A stretch of DNA of 64,000 nucleotides from Cyanophora paradoxa CCMP329 (GCA_004431415.1 QPMI01000219.1:75187-139186); one strand, 5' to 3'. Positions 48,201-60,853 are shown, counted from the stretch's first letter. Notes: generated by a model from the letters alone, not told the origin. Translations and numbers: made by a program.

Positions 48201-51096
48201 GCACTTCAAATCTCTCTGGGGGAATATGCACAAGGCTCTAGCCTTAGAAAGATGACCCACCCACCAGCAAGTCACTCAGTCGAAGGCCCCAAGATAAGGA
48301 TCTGTGACAAAATAGAAGCAAGATGCACCCCAAATCACTCTGGGGGAATATGCACAAGGCGAAAGCCTTAGGAAGATTACCAACCCACCAGCAAGTCACT
48401 CAGTTGAAGGCAGCAGGTTTCCAATCTGCAACAACATAGAAGACAGATGCACCCCAAATCTCTCTGGGGGGATTTAAACAAGGCGCTAGCCTTAGGCAGA
48501 TGAACCCACCAACCACCAAGTCACTCAGTCGAAGGCCCCAGGATTAGGATTTGCCACAAAAAAGAAGCAAGATGCACCCCAAATCTCTCTGGGGGAATAT
48601 GAACAAGGCGCTAGCCTTAGGCAGATGACCCACCCACCAGCAAGTCACTCAGTCAAAGGCCCCAGGTTTTTCGATCCGCCACAAAATAGAAGAAGGATGC
48701 ACCCCAAATCTCTCTGGGGGAATATGCCCAAGGCGTTTGCGTTACGAATATGAACCCACCGACCAGCAAGTCACTTAGTCAAAGGAAGCAGGTTTCCAAT
48801 CTGCCACAAAATAGAAGAAAGATGCACCCCAAATCACTCTGGGGGAATATGCACAAGGCGCTGACCTAAGGGAGATGAAACCACCCACCAGCAAGTCACT
48901 CAGTTGAAGGCAGCAGGTTTCCGATCTGCAACAACATAGAAGACAGATGCACCCCAAATCTCTCTGGGGGGATTTAAACAAGGCGCTAGCCTTAGGCAGA
49001 TGAAGCCACCAACCACCAAGTCACTCAGTCGAAGGCCCCATGTTTCTGATCCGCCACAAAATAGAAGACAGATGCACCCTAAATCTCTCCGAGGGAATAT
49101 CCACAAGGTGCTAGCCTTAGGCAGATGAACCCACCCACCAGCAAGTCACTCAGTCGAAGGCCCCAGGATAAGGATCTGTGACAAAACTGAAGCAAGATGC
49201 ACCCCAAATCTCTCTGGGGGAATATGAACAAGGCGAAAGCCTTAGGCAGATGACCCACCCACCAGCAAGTCACTCAGTCAAAGGCCCCAGGTTTTTCGAT
49301 CCGCCACAAAATAGAAGAAGGATGCACCCCAAATCTCTCTGGGGGAATATGCCCAATGCTTTTGCGTTACGAAGATGAACCCACCGACCAGCAAGTCACT
49401 CAGTCAAAGGAAGCAGGTTTCCAATATGCCACAAAATAGAAGAAAGATGCACCCCAAATCACTCTGGGGGAATATGCACAAGGTGCTGACCTAAGGGAGA
49501 TGAAACCACCAACCACCAAGTCACTCAGTCGAAAGCCCCAGGTTTCCGATCCGCCACAAAATAGAAGACAGATGCACCCTAAAACTCTCTGGGGGAATAT
49601 GCACAAGGTGCTAGCCTTAGGCAGATGAACCCACCCACCGGAAAGTCACTCAGTCCAAGGCCCCAGGATAAGGATCTGTGACAAAATAGAAGCAAGATGC
49701 ACCCCAAATCATTCTGGGGGAATATGCACAAGGCGCAAGCCTTAGAAAGATTACCAACCCACCAGCAAGTCACACATTTGAAGGCAGCAGGTTTCCAATC
49801 TGCAACAAAATAGAAGACAGATGCACCTCAAATCTCTCTGGGGGGATTAAAAAAAAACAAGGCGCTAGCCTTAGGCAGATGAACCCACCAACCAGCAAGT
49901 CACTCAGTCGAAGGCCCCAGGATTAGGAACTGCCACAAAAAAAAAGAAGCAAGATGCAACCCAAATCACTCTCGGGGAATATGTACAAGGCGCTAGCCTT
50001 AGGCAGATGAACCCACCAACCAGCAAGTCACTCAGTCGAAGGCCCCAGGATAAGGAACTCCCACAAAAAAGAAGAAGGATGCACCCCAAATCTCTATGGG
50101 GGAATATGAACAAGGCGCTAGCCTAAGGCAGATGAACCCACCCACCAGCAAGTCACTCAGTCGAAGGCCCCAGGTTTTTCGATCCGCCACAAAATAGAAG
50201 AAGGATGCACCCCAAATCTCTCTGGGGGAATATGCCCAATGCTTTTGCGTTACGAAGATGAACCCACCGACCAGCAAGTCACTCAGTCAAAGGAAGCAGG
50301 TTTCCAATCTGCCACAAAATAGAAGAAAGATGCACCCCAAATCACTCTGGGGGAATATGCACAAGGTGCTAGCCTTAGGCAGATGAACCCACCCACCAGA
50401 AAGTCACTCAGTCCAAGGCCCCATGATAAGGATCTGTGACAAAATAGAAGCAAGATGCAACCCAAATCATTCTGGGGGAATATGCAAAAGGCGCAAGCCT
50501 TAGGCAGATGAACCCACCCACCAGCAAGTCACACATTTGAAGGCAGCAGGTTTCCAATCTGCAACAAAATAGAAGAAAGATGCACCCCAAATCTCTCTGG
50601 GGGGATTAAAAAACAAACAAGGCGCTAGCCTTAGGCAGATGAATCCACCAACCAGCAAGTCACTCAGTCGAAGGCCCCAGGTTTCTGATCCGCCACAACA
50701 TAGAAGAACAATGCCCCCCAAATCTCTCCGGGGGAAGATACACAAGGCGCTAGCCTTAGGCAGATGAACCCACCCACCAGCAAGTCACTCAGTCAAAGGC
50801 CCCAGGATAAGGAACTGCCACAAAAAAGAAGAAGGATGCACCCCAAATCTCTCTGGGGAAATATGCACAAGGCGCTAGCCTTAGAAAGATTACCAACCCA
50901 CCAGCAAGTCACACATTTGAAGGCAGCAGGTTTCCAATCTGCAACAAAATAGAAGACAGATGCACCTCAAATCTCTCTGGGGGGATTAAAAAAAAACAAG
51001 GCGCTAGCCTTAGGCAGATGAACCCACCCACCAGCAAGTCACTCAGTTGAAGGCAGCAGGTTTCCAATCTGCAAAAAAATAGAAACCAGATGCACC
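45247..51096. repeat. Long satellite A array (minus to about 45576, then plus) with a 625-bp five-monomer higher-order repeat
   Basis: Variant units recur at 46528, 47153, 47778 and at 48775, 49400. Confidence 0.95.
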
Positions 51097-54000
51097 GCAG
51101 GCCACACTAAGTCAACCAGTACACCAGCACTCTACCTTCTTTACCAGCTGCGCCATGTCTCCACGCTCCTGCTCCAGTCACAGACACTCGATGAGCGGCT
51201 CCGGCTCGAGACAACTTATTTTCTCCCGGACTCCCTCATTGGACAGCTCCACCGCCAACGCATACTGGATACCCAAGCCCGACACGGGCTCTGCCTGCTC
51301 CCCTACGAATACTCGAATTTCACACCAACTTCCCGGCAAGAGGACACACATTTGTGCCTGTCCATTACACGGGCTCTAGCCGCGTCTGATCATGCCTTCG
51401 CCATCTGGACGACATTTGCAGCGAACGGATGGGTGCTAGGCCTCTCAGGGACAGAAGCTAAACTTGACCGTCGGTTCATCCTGGCTTCCCAACTTTCTCC
51501 CGCCCTTCTAGCCAAGGCTGGCGTCTTTCTCATGGAATGTGGCCTCTTCACGATGGCCCACATCACAGTTCAGATTCATGGCGAAGTCTGCATCCCAACC
51601 TGGTCAGAGCTCTGGCAGCTTTGCCGCGTCCCCTACACAAAACGCAAACAGCCGGAATGGTGGGATTGGCTGCGCAAAGAACTGTCTGAACGTGCACATT
51701 TTGACGAAGCGGAGGGCCCCACCTGGCCCCGCCCGATCCGCGCAGAATTTTGCATGCCCCTCCTCTCCCGTCCCCTTGATATTCGCCAAGCAGTCCGCGC
51801 TAGCCCCCTCATCGCCAAGCTCACCCCCGGGCTACCTAGCCGAGGTCGTATCCACGCCCCTGATAGCAGACCCGGAGGCTGCGAACCTTGATCCAGAGGC
51901 AACAGCGGAGACTGAAACGGTCTACATGGTTCACCTGCGCCACTGGCGGCTAGACGACTCTGAGCTCCGCGAACGCAATGAAATTATCGCAGGGACCGAT
52001 GGCGAAAAGGCCTGCTTTGTCCCCTGTCCAGCGCCATCATACTGCGGCAGCGCTGGCCTGCACAAGCACCTCGGCCTGGCTACTGATGTGTGCGAATGGC
52101 ACGAATGGGCCACCCATGTACGAGTGGCCCGCATCGCTGATGCAGGACCGCCGGGGCATCCCTCCAAGCGCTCTCGTCGTGCAGCCGACGGGCCGTTCGT
52201 CCCCCCACGGGCGCTCAACAAACGAAACAAGCCCGCCTCTGAAGCTCTCCCACCTGCAAACCCGACGTCGACCCAAAGACTCTCGACCGCAGCACAGAAA
52301 CGGCTCGCAAGGCTAAACAAAAAGCTAGCCTTTGTCGGGCTTCCGACAAACCGCCAAGACTTCCGCTAAGCCTCCGGCCCCCGCCCACGCCGAATCCGAT
52401 CCCTGCCCCCGCGGCCGGTGCACGACTCGGATTCAGATCTAGAGGGCGCCGAGGTACACGCACAGCCCCGCTCGATTTACTACGAAGTACCCGAGGGGGC
52501 CGCCCGCTCCATCTGGCTCGAGCTGTCCCCCTGGTGGGAAGAATTCCAGGACGAAGCAGTGCAGGTCGACGTGGCTGAAGCAAAGCCCCCCCCCTCCGCG
52601 CGACGTGAAGACCTAAATCCATGTCTTATTCCATTAAGTCTGGCTCTGCGGAGCTGCCAACCGGCACAGAGAGATACGCCGGCCACCTCTTGGCCTACCG
52701 CGTGAACGGAGACCCGCGCAAACACATGGACGAGGAAGCCCAGCTCGTGGACTTCATTCAGTGGAGCTGTCAACTCGAAGCTGGTAGACTCCTGCGCTTC
52801 ACTGGCGGCCAACTCGACGCCGCTCTCTCCCTCATGTCCGCACACCGCAAAGATGGACGCCGCAAGACCCAAGCCGGGGTTCAGCTTCGCGCGACGCGCT
52901 CAAAACTGCTGACTGCATCTTTGGCCACGCTGCGAGTCCGTGCTCGCACGCGCCCGGACATCTATGCGGCAATCTGCCCCGAGGGACCAATTTGCCCCCG
53001 CTGCCGCCTCGCAGAGGAAGACTTCGATCACATCTGGGTATGCCCTGCTGCCGCTACTGCCGTCAACGTCTTCCGCCTAGCCGCCCGCGAGCACGTCCTT
53101 AAACATGTGATGAAACACAAGCCGGCGGGACTTCGCAGCTCCTGGGACTCGCTGTTCCCCTTCCTACTAGACCCCGGCATGTCCAGCCCTCCGCTTGAAT
53201 TCGCTCCGGATTGCCCACTGGGCCAAAAACTAGCTATTCTCGAAGCAGCTGACCTCCTTCACCAATTCGAATTTCGAGCTCTCTTCCAGCTTGTCGCCCC
53301 ACAAGGAATTCACGTCCTACTCCGAGCATTCGGAGTTCGAGCTCTAGCCACGACCTCGAAGCAAGCAGTGAACGGCTTGGTGCAACTAGCGGACGAGCAT
53401 GCACGGAGCATCTGGAAAACCCGCTGCGACGCAGTCATAGCCTGGGAACAGGAACACGGCATCACGCCGGGCAAAAAACGCACCAAGCGGACCAAGGCCT
53501 CGATGATGGCTCAGGTCTCTACTACGCCAGCCCCGGCTCCAATTCCTCTTACCCCGACTACCCGGTGCCCCTCGCTCGAACGCCAACAAGTCACGATCAC
53601 GGAGTACCTCGGCGGGGCAGCTCCTGCCCTGGCGGCCGAGCTGGCGGCGTTCACCTGGAAGAAGCTGGAAGAGGAACCCGGTCAGCACCCAGCTCAGCAT
53701 CAGGACAGCCAGCCCCCCCGACGTAGCGCCCGCCTCCGCGAACTCGAAGCGCGACGCCCTCGCTGCGACACCTGCGGGGCAAGCTTTGCCTCCGCCCGCC
53801 TGTGCCTCCGCCACCTCGCTACAGGTCTCTGCGTCGACAGCGCAGCGGGAGTCGGACTCCACCTAGTCCGCAATCCTAGCCCCTCCCAGCCCACGTCCTC
53901 GACGAACGACTTGGAACTACCCCTTGTCTACCCCCCGCAGCCCCCCGCCCGCGTAGCGAAACGGCCTGCGGCCACGCCCGCAGCACCCCCGACATCAGCT

Positions 54001-55192
54001 AAATGCTTCAGAGACGAGCACGGGGCCCCACAGCACCCGCCACCGCCCACCAGTAGGCCCCCACCTGTTGGCTCCAAACGTACGGTGGAGGATGACAATG
54101 CAGCCCCGGCCCCCGACGCCAAGCGTCGCCCAGAGATAACACCATCAGAGCCGCTGAGCAGCAAACGCAAACACGCCCCGGCCCCTCGGAAGCCTCCAGG
54201 ACAGAAACGCGGCAAGCGTGACGCCTCAGCCTCTCCACCGGACCCCATTCCAGGGCTCCCTGAGGGCTCCATCTTTAAATTCTTTGCCCCAGGCGAATGG
54301 AAACCGACGGCAGAAGCTATGGCCCGGCCGCCTAGCATGCGCGCCCCTGCGGGCCAGGCAACCTCGGAACCCCGGAAAAAACTCCGACGCCGACAGCCAG
54401 CCCGACTGGAAGAGCTGCCCCCGCTGCCCCGGCCGCCGCCGCTGCCGCCGACGCCACTGCTGACGCCCCCCCCGAAGCCGCGCAAACCTCGAAAGCCCGG
54501 CAGCATACTCCAATACCTCCCAGACATGTGCGCAACCTGCGGCTGCCGCCGCATCCACCATGGCGCGATCACCCCTACAGGCCCGGCCCGTCTCCCACAT
54601 CTGCTCTGCCCCTCCAGATACGCCCGCCAACTACTCAGCTCATCACTGCGCTTGTCAGCTACATATCACTTCCTTCATGTCGACCCCTCGGGGCACGACA
54701 TCCTGAAATACAGGGGCTAGCGAGGAGGTCCGGGGGAGGGGGGGGAGGGAAGGGGTGGGGGGAGGGAGGGGGGAGGGGGGGGGGGGGGGTGGCGCAGGTC
54801 TCGGAGCACGGCGCCTCGTCCTACTGGTCGGAGCTGGACTTCGAACGGCGGCGACGACGACGGGCGCGACGACACCGCGGACCCTCTTCCCCTACCGCAT
54901 CTCCCCATTATTAGATAGGACACAGCGCACCACGGCCAAGTTCTACGAGACAGCAAGCGGGCATCTAGGACCGTGCAGCTCATAATGCCGCGCTCACTGC
55001 TAGAGGACCGGCGCATATTATGTTCTGGAGGCGACTCGGTAGACTACAGCTCAAGCACCAGCTCGACACGACTACTAGCTGTAGCACTCTTGTCATCTAT
55101 CTCCTCCTGCAGTCAGCATCCCAGTATCCGGTAGGCGAGGAGCGGGGGACTGTTGTCAAGTGTGTACGAATGCAACAGGCTTTCCAAAAAAA
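51097..55192 (+). mobile_element. 5'-truncated L1-like LINE without RNase H, inserted in a satellite A unit
   Basis: Post-RT homology to the first LINE (SLIGQLHRQRIL, LMECGL, PEWW, RVNGDPR); RPDIY..CPRC..EEDFDHIWVC zinc knuckle; IWKTRC..IAWE; G-rich 3' UTR tract at 54732-54790; A7 tail; satellite flanks GATGCACC and CTCTATGGGGG are near-contiguous. Confidence 0.85.
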
Positions 55193-56246
55193 CTCTATGG
55201 GGGAATATGAACAAGGCGCTAGCCTAAGGCAGATGAACCCACCCACCAGCAAGTCACTCAGTCAAAGGCCCCAGGGTTTTCGATCCGCCACAAAATAGAA
55301 GAAGGATGCACCCCAATTCTCTCTGGGGGAATATGCCCAAGGCAATTGCGCTACGAAGATGAACCCAAGGCGTTTGCGCTACGAAGATGAAGGAAGCAGG
55401 TTTCCAATCTGCCACAAAATAGAAGAAAGATGCACCCCAAATCACTCTGGGGGAATATGCACAAGGCGCTGACCTAAGGGAGATGAAACCACCCACCAGC
55501 AAGTCACTCAGTTGAAGGCAGCAGGTTTCCGATCTGCAACAAAATAGAAGACAGATGCACCCCAAATCTCCCTGGGGGGATTTAAACAAGGCGCTAGCCT
55601 TAGGCAGATGAACCCACCAACCACCAAGTCACTCAGTCGAATTTGGTAGTCGAATTTTGGTAGCCACCTAGCGCTGCCATCAGATTGGTAGCGGATCGAA
55701 AAACCTGGGGCCTTTGACTGAGTGACTTGCTGGTGGGTGGGTTTATCTTCCTTAGGCTAGCGCCTTGTGCATATTCCCCCAGAGAGATTTGAAGTGCATC
55801 TTTCTTCTATTTTGTGGCAGATCGGAAATCTGGGCCCTTTGACTGAGCGACTTGCTTTTGGGAGGGTCATCTGCCTATGGCTAGCGCCTTGTGCATATTC
55901 CCCCAGAGAGATTTGGGGTGCATCTTTCTTCTTTTTTCTGGCAGATCGGAAACCTGGGGCCTTCGACTGAGTGACTTGCTGGTGGGTGGGTCCTCTGCCT
56001 AAGGCTAGCACCTTGTGCATATCCCCCCAGAGAGACTTCGGGTGCATCTTTCTTCTATTTTGCCACAGATCGGAAACCTGGGGCCTTCGACTGAGTGACT
56101 TGCTGGTGGGTGGGTTCATCTGCCAAAGGCTAGCGCCTTGTGCATATTTCCCCAGAGAGATTTGGGGGGCATTCTTCTTCTATTTTGTGGCAGATCGGAA
56201 ACCTGGGCCCTTTGACTGAGCTACTTGCTTTTGGGAGGGTCATCTG
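55193..56246. repeat. Satellite A, plus block to 55640 and minus block from about 55693, joined by filler DNA
   Basis: Orientation switch across gaatttggtagtcgaattttggtagccacc...attggtagcggatcg. Confidence 0.92.
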
Positions 56247-56766
56247 AAACGTTTTCTGCGATCAACTAGTTGTTTGTGAGTTTCGAGAAAGATGGGTTCT
56301 TGATTCTCGGATGGGTTCTTTGTTACAATTGCGTTTAATAGGATTTAGTTAGTTTATCGAATTCGCGTTTCGGACTACGTTGTGCGGGCTCAAAAGTACA
56401 TGAATGCTCCCGTGCACGGCTTAGGTAGCCGCATGGGGCAGACAAGCAAGAGGGAGAATGCTGTCGCGACCATGCATGCCTGACTACTCCGACTCTGCAC
56501 GCGAAGGTGTGCGCGCTGGAGGGGGAACGGTATCCGGCATGGCGTCCTTCGGAGCATGACCCCCTCCGGTTGTTTGGGGATTGCCTGGGTTGCCTTTCTA
56601 CTTTGGGATCCCGAAACGAGAGGAGCCCCAGTGAACCATTCATTTTGATTCGTGTGCACCTTGGCTTCAATTGGGGGGCCATTTTGTGGATCCCCAGTGA
56701 ACTGCTTTAGAACGCTATGCAATGCAGACTGCACTCGCAACACCTTCTGGATTGCAACATAAACAA

Positions 56767-57390
56767 TTAGGGAATTCTCAGGTTCGCTCCATTCTTTGGG
56801 CGAGCAGGGACACCAACCATAATTGCTCCAACACTTGTGGTTGAACGTATTAGGCAACTGCCTGCACCAATTGTGTTCCAGGGTGCAACCTCAATTTTCG
56901 GAATGATACAACTGGAAACTCCAAGAAGAGTTCCTTCTCCAAGAAGTACATTCCCACACAGATGGCTGCCAGGCCCGATGTGTACATAATCGCCGATGAC
57001 ACAATCATGATCGACAGAAGCGCATGTGTTCACAATTGTATGCCTGCCAACGATTGCATTTGCCTGAACAACTGCTCCAGCACAGACGACGGTGCCCTCG
57101 CCAACAATAGCACTTTCATCAATGAAGGCTTTCGGATGTACAAGGGCACTGTGCCATTCAACTACTCCTGAAAGTTGATGATGAAATCGCTTTCGGACAG
57201 CATTGTCGCCTATAGCAAGAAAAACAGTACGACCACTGATCTGATCGATGGACGGCATTTGCTGCACCTTGAATCCCATTACAGGTGTTGATGGCGGAGT
57301 CTCGTCGAAGATGCCTTCAACTTGTATTCCTGCAAGTTTGCACAAAGATAAAATCACTTTGCAATGACCACCGGCACCAATTACAAACAT
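56767..57390 (-). CDS. PglD/NeuD/EpsM-family sugar acetyltransferase (left-handed beta-helix), 207 aa, intronless
   Basis: VIGAGGH.KVI, IFDE, AIGDN..R, LVHP.A, hexapeptide repeats, VDHDC catalytic His, IGAGS, GVPAR; ATG to TAA intact. Confidence 0.93.
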   Translation of the reverse strand: MFVIGAGGHCKVILSLCKLAGIQVEGIFDETPPSTPVMGFKVQQMPSIDQISGRTVFLAIGDNAVRKRFHHQLSGVVEWHSALVHPKAFIDESAIVGEGTVVCAGAVVQANAIVGRHTIVNTCASVDHDCVIGDYVHIGPGSHLCGNVLLGEGTLLGVSSCIIPKIEVAPWNTIGAGSCLIRSTTSVGAIMVGVPARPKNGANLRIP

Positions 57391-57790
57391 GATCCCACGC
57401 GTAGAAAGCCTAGAAATTGTCTCCGTTCCTCCTGTGTGAGCGCTGTGATTTCTATTGCTGTCCTGGGAGAGAATGCAGAAGGCGCTAGACTAGGGTTTTT
57501 TTTGACCACAGCTTGGTTACTTTCGGTGCGAGTCCCAGTCCGAAAGCAAGCGCCTTTTGCTTGCTCACTCGAAAAAAGTTCGCATCCACCCTGGCTTCAC
57601 TTGGGGGGCCCTTCAGTCCGCTATCCAGCACTGGACGTGTTGGTACCCCTTGAACAACCAATGGCACAGTCCCTGCCTTCAGTTCTATTTGTGGTTTTAA
57701 TCTTAGTATTTCCTGGGCCTTAGTTGCATTGCATACAACTCCTGTTCAGTGCATACAACCAAATTGCATACAACTCAGGTGCACTCAAAA

Positions 57791-57851
57791 CCTGTTGTCA
57801 AAACAACCTCTGACCATACAATCAACTCCAAAGCGAGAAAACAGCATGCCC
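57791..57851 (-). repeat. 61-bp inverted repeat, right copy
   Basis: Reverse complement of 42965-43025. Confidence 0.9.
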
Positions 57852-59079
57852 ATCATGTGACAGTGCCTGTGACGTCAATCTTGGCAACTCTTGGCCTAGT
57901 TTAGGAAACAACTGTACATGGTAACCCATCCTCCAAGTAGGTGACAAAAAGAGCCTTTCCTTCACTGTTTTGGGCCCCTAGCTGAACCCACCACCTGGGC
58001 TTCCCCTCCCTACGTCTGCGCCTCTGAGATCCTCGGGCTCCTATCTAGTCCCAGCTGGGCCGCCGTGGGGTTACTCACGGCGCTTAGCCTGTCCGTGGGA
58101 ATCGGCGTCCGGGGCTATGTCCGACGACGCCGGCGCCTAGACAATGCCGCCGGGCTCGCTCCCCGCGAAGTCGATCCCGGACCCCCGGGCCTCTGCCGGG
58201 GCCCCTGATCGCCGCGCCTACTCCGCCCCCCTCGCCGCCCCGCCCCGCTGCTAGGCCCCACGCTCTGCCGCAGTCGCCGGCCCTGGCGGCCCCTGCCGAG
58301 GTCCACCCGCCGGCACCTTCGCGGCTCCCGCCCCCGCTCCTGCCCTTACCCCTGCCCGGCCCGCGCTGGTGCAACTCCTTGGCTCCTGCGCTCGCCCCTC
58401 CCCCCCTATCAGAGCCGTCCCTCGCCTTGCCGGCCCCGGGCCTCGCAGAAGAGTCATCTGCGTCGCCTCCGTCGTTTCTTCAGCTCCCCCGCCCCCCCAC
58501 CCCTACCAGCTGAGCCGCCGTTTCTTCAGCCCTCCCGCCCCGACCTCCCCCTACCTGGCCTCCGTCCTGCAAAGTCCAATCGTGTACGCCCCCGTACCCA
58601 GCGCCCCCTGACACCCCTGCCCGCGAGCCCTCCCTTCTCGACGGCGCGGGCACGTCGTAACGTTGCAGCCGCTCTCGCCCTCCGGAACAGCTGGCCCTCT
58701 CAACCCCCCCAGCAGCTGTGAGGATGCGCCCGATGGCTCCGCAGGCCAGCTTCCTCGCCAGCTCTCCTGCCCCGCCCCGGGGTGTCCGCCTCACGGTCCG
58801 ATTCGCGCTCTCGTCTGGCCGCTCCCTTCCCCGACCCCGCCCGCCCCTCCTCGCCCGACGCCTCAAGGGCCACGCCAACAGCCGCCACCCAGCCCGAGAG
58901 CCCCGCCCCCAGCCCGCCCCGGAGCCGCGCCGAAGCGCTCCTCAGCACTTACCCCGTCGGACCTGCCCCGCCCCCCTGCCTACATCCAGGTCGACGCCGC
59001 AGCGCTCCGCAGATACCGTGAATATATTGCCCTCAGCCTCTGTTACGGGTCCGTATGTTGTAGTTTAGCTCTTCCGGCC

Positions 59080-59485
59080 CTTGGCGACAGCATCCCGATG
59101 GTCAGCAAGAAGATTGACCGTCCGGAGCTTCAGGGCGAGCCGGAGGACATCAGCCGAGAGAAGTGCAGGATAGCCGCCGCGGAGGTGAACGGATCGGTGT
59201 GCGTGGAGGACACTTGCCTCTGCTTCAACGCGCTCAAGGGCCTCCCCGGCCCCTACATCAAGTGGTTCCTGAAGAAGCTTGGACACGACGGCCTGAACCA
59301 CATGCTGGCGGGCTTTGAGGACAAGAGGGCGTACGCGCTCTGCATCTTAAGCTACACCACGGGCCCGGGGAAGGAAATCCACACCTTCGCCGGCTGGACG
59401 GACGGCAAGATCGTGCCCGCGCGCGGCCCGCCTGACTTTGGGTGGGATCCCGTGTTCCAGCCCGACGGCTACAACGAGACGTACG
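59080..59485 (+). pseudogene. ITPA: Inosine triphosphate pyrophosphatase (HAM1 family) internal fragment, intronless
   Basis: [69 protein letters not shown]; lacks the N-terminal TGN.KK and C-terminal SHR motifs. Confidence 0.92.
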
Positions 59486-59592
59486 TCGAAGATACTCATT
59501 GAATGAAATAAGCGGAGAAATCGAAATTAAACCCCTCCGTTGGGTTGCTGGCTGATTTGCCCCAGCCAGGCGGGCTGAAAAACCTGGCTGGG

Positions 59593-60720
59593 TTAGCGCC
59601 CCCCCGAGCGAGGGACGGAATTGCTCCGAACTTGCGAGTCAGAGCGATCCTGCGAACGAGCACGCGGTTGCGGATTGTCATTGCGGCGATCAAACGAGTT
59701 GCGGCTATTGAAACCACCGCGGAATCCACCACGACCGCGACCACCACGAGAAGAGAAATTGTAATTGTATGAATTCGAAGAACCATAATTTCCGTAATGA
59801 GCGCTATTGTGAGAAGTAGCATTCATAAACCGATCCAACTGTGACGAAAAGTCAGAGAACGCATTCTGGTTTTCAAGGCGGAAATGTTTGAGTTCAGTTT
59901 CGAGGGACCGAACACGAGAATCCAGTTCAGAGCGCAACTCAGAGCGAAGAACTTCCAACTCAGAGCGTGTGACGAAGGAACTACGCTCCGTAGTTGAAAA
60001 TGTTGAGCCAGGTAGAATTGAAAACTGCGAGTTCTTTTCCAAGTAATTGGTCCACTCATCCGTCAGATAATGAATGAGTCGGGCCTTGGACTTGATGTCA
60101 GCAGGAAGAGCACCAGGCAAATCAAGCTCTTTCCAAACTTGAAGATTCGCCTCCTCAACAGCAACATTAGCTTCCGATGCCAATTTATGCGCTTCTTCAG
60201 CAAACTCCACATCGCTCGGCTGAGGTTTACCTTTCTGACGAGCACTCTCGCAGGCGATTTTATAAGTGAACGAATAGAATTTGCGAAGTGAAGCCATACG
60301 ATGGCTTTCATGACAGAAGTGCTGAACAAAGATGGTCTCAAAAGCGTTCCAATCATTTGCAGCAAACAAAGCTTTTTGAATCTCAGTATGTCCAACGAAA
60401 ATCGAAACCATCTTTTGCTTTATGATGGGCCAAGCATACACCATGTCAGCAACCATCTGACCATTCGGAACCTGACCCTGCAGTGGAAGAACATGCATAG
60501 AACGAAGCTGATTCTTCGCTCCTGACAACCAGCGACCAGGAAACTCAGTTTCAAAGGGAGGAAAAATGGCATATCGCAATGCGTTGTTGATCACGCCAAT
60601 TCGCGGCTCAGAAGCACCCATTTCGTCTTCAAATGCAAATTCGTCTTCGTAAATGATGATTTCGGGTGAAAGTGGACGCTCTATGACACGCCCACTGCGC
60701 AACTCCAGTGTATCGCACAC
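59593..60720 (-). CDS. Gag-like ORF of an LTR retrotransposon
   Basis: Lies just downstream of an LTR and PBS; LELRSGR leader, helical core, coiled coil and RGG-rich C-terminus; start codon uncertain. Confidence 0.65.
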   Translation of the reverse strand: MCDTLELRSGRVIERPLSPEIIIYEDEFAFEDEMGASEPRIGVINNALRYAIFPPFETEFPGRWLSGAKNQLRSMHVLPLQGQVPNGQMVADMVYAWPIIKQKMVSIFVGHTEIQKALFAANDWNAFETIFVQHFCHESHRMASLRKFYSFTYKIACESARQKGKPQPSDVEFAEEAHKLASEANVAVEEANLQVWKELDLPGALPADIKSKARLIHYLTDEWTNYLEKNSQFSILPGSTFSTTERSSFVTRSELEVLRSELRSELDSRVRSLETELKHFRLENQNAFSDFSSQLDRFMNATSHNSAHYGNYGSSNSYNYNFSSRGGRGRGGFRGGFNSRNSFDRRNDNPQPRARSQDRSDSQVRSNSVPRSGGR

Positions 60721-60853
60721 AGCTCGTCAGGACAAGCTGCTATCAAGCACAACCGATGTTAAATGTCTTCATAAGATGAAATGAACGCCTTTTGTCGAAC
60801 TCTCTAGCCAAAATGGTCGAATGGAAGGTTCTGGAAGCACCTTGGAAACTTCT

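Noticed and set aside
36545-51096. Hammerhead ribozyme in satellite A (CTGAGTGA ... GAAAC on the minus strand)
   Set aside because: The core is not CUGANGA, and no stem III with an NUH cleavage triplet could be formed.
57960-59079. Pro-rich GC-rich segment as a gene or LINE 5' region
   Set aside because: Coding-like but broken and without an identifiable motif; it cannot be assigned from sequence alone.
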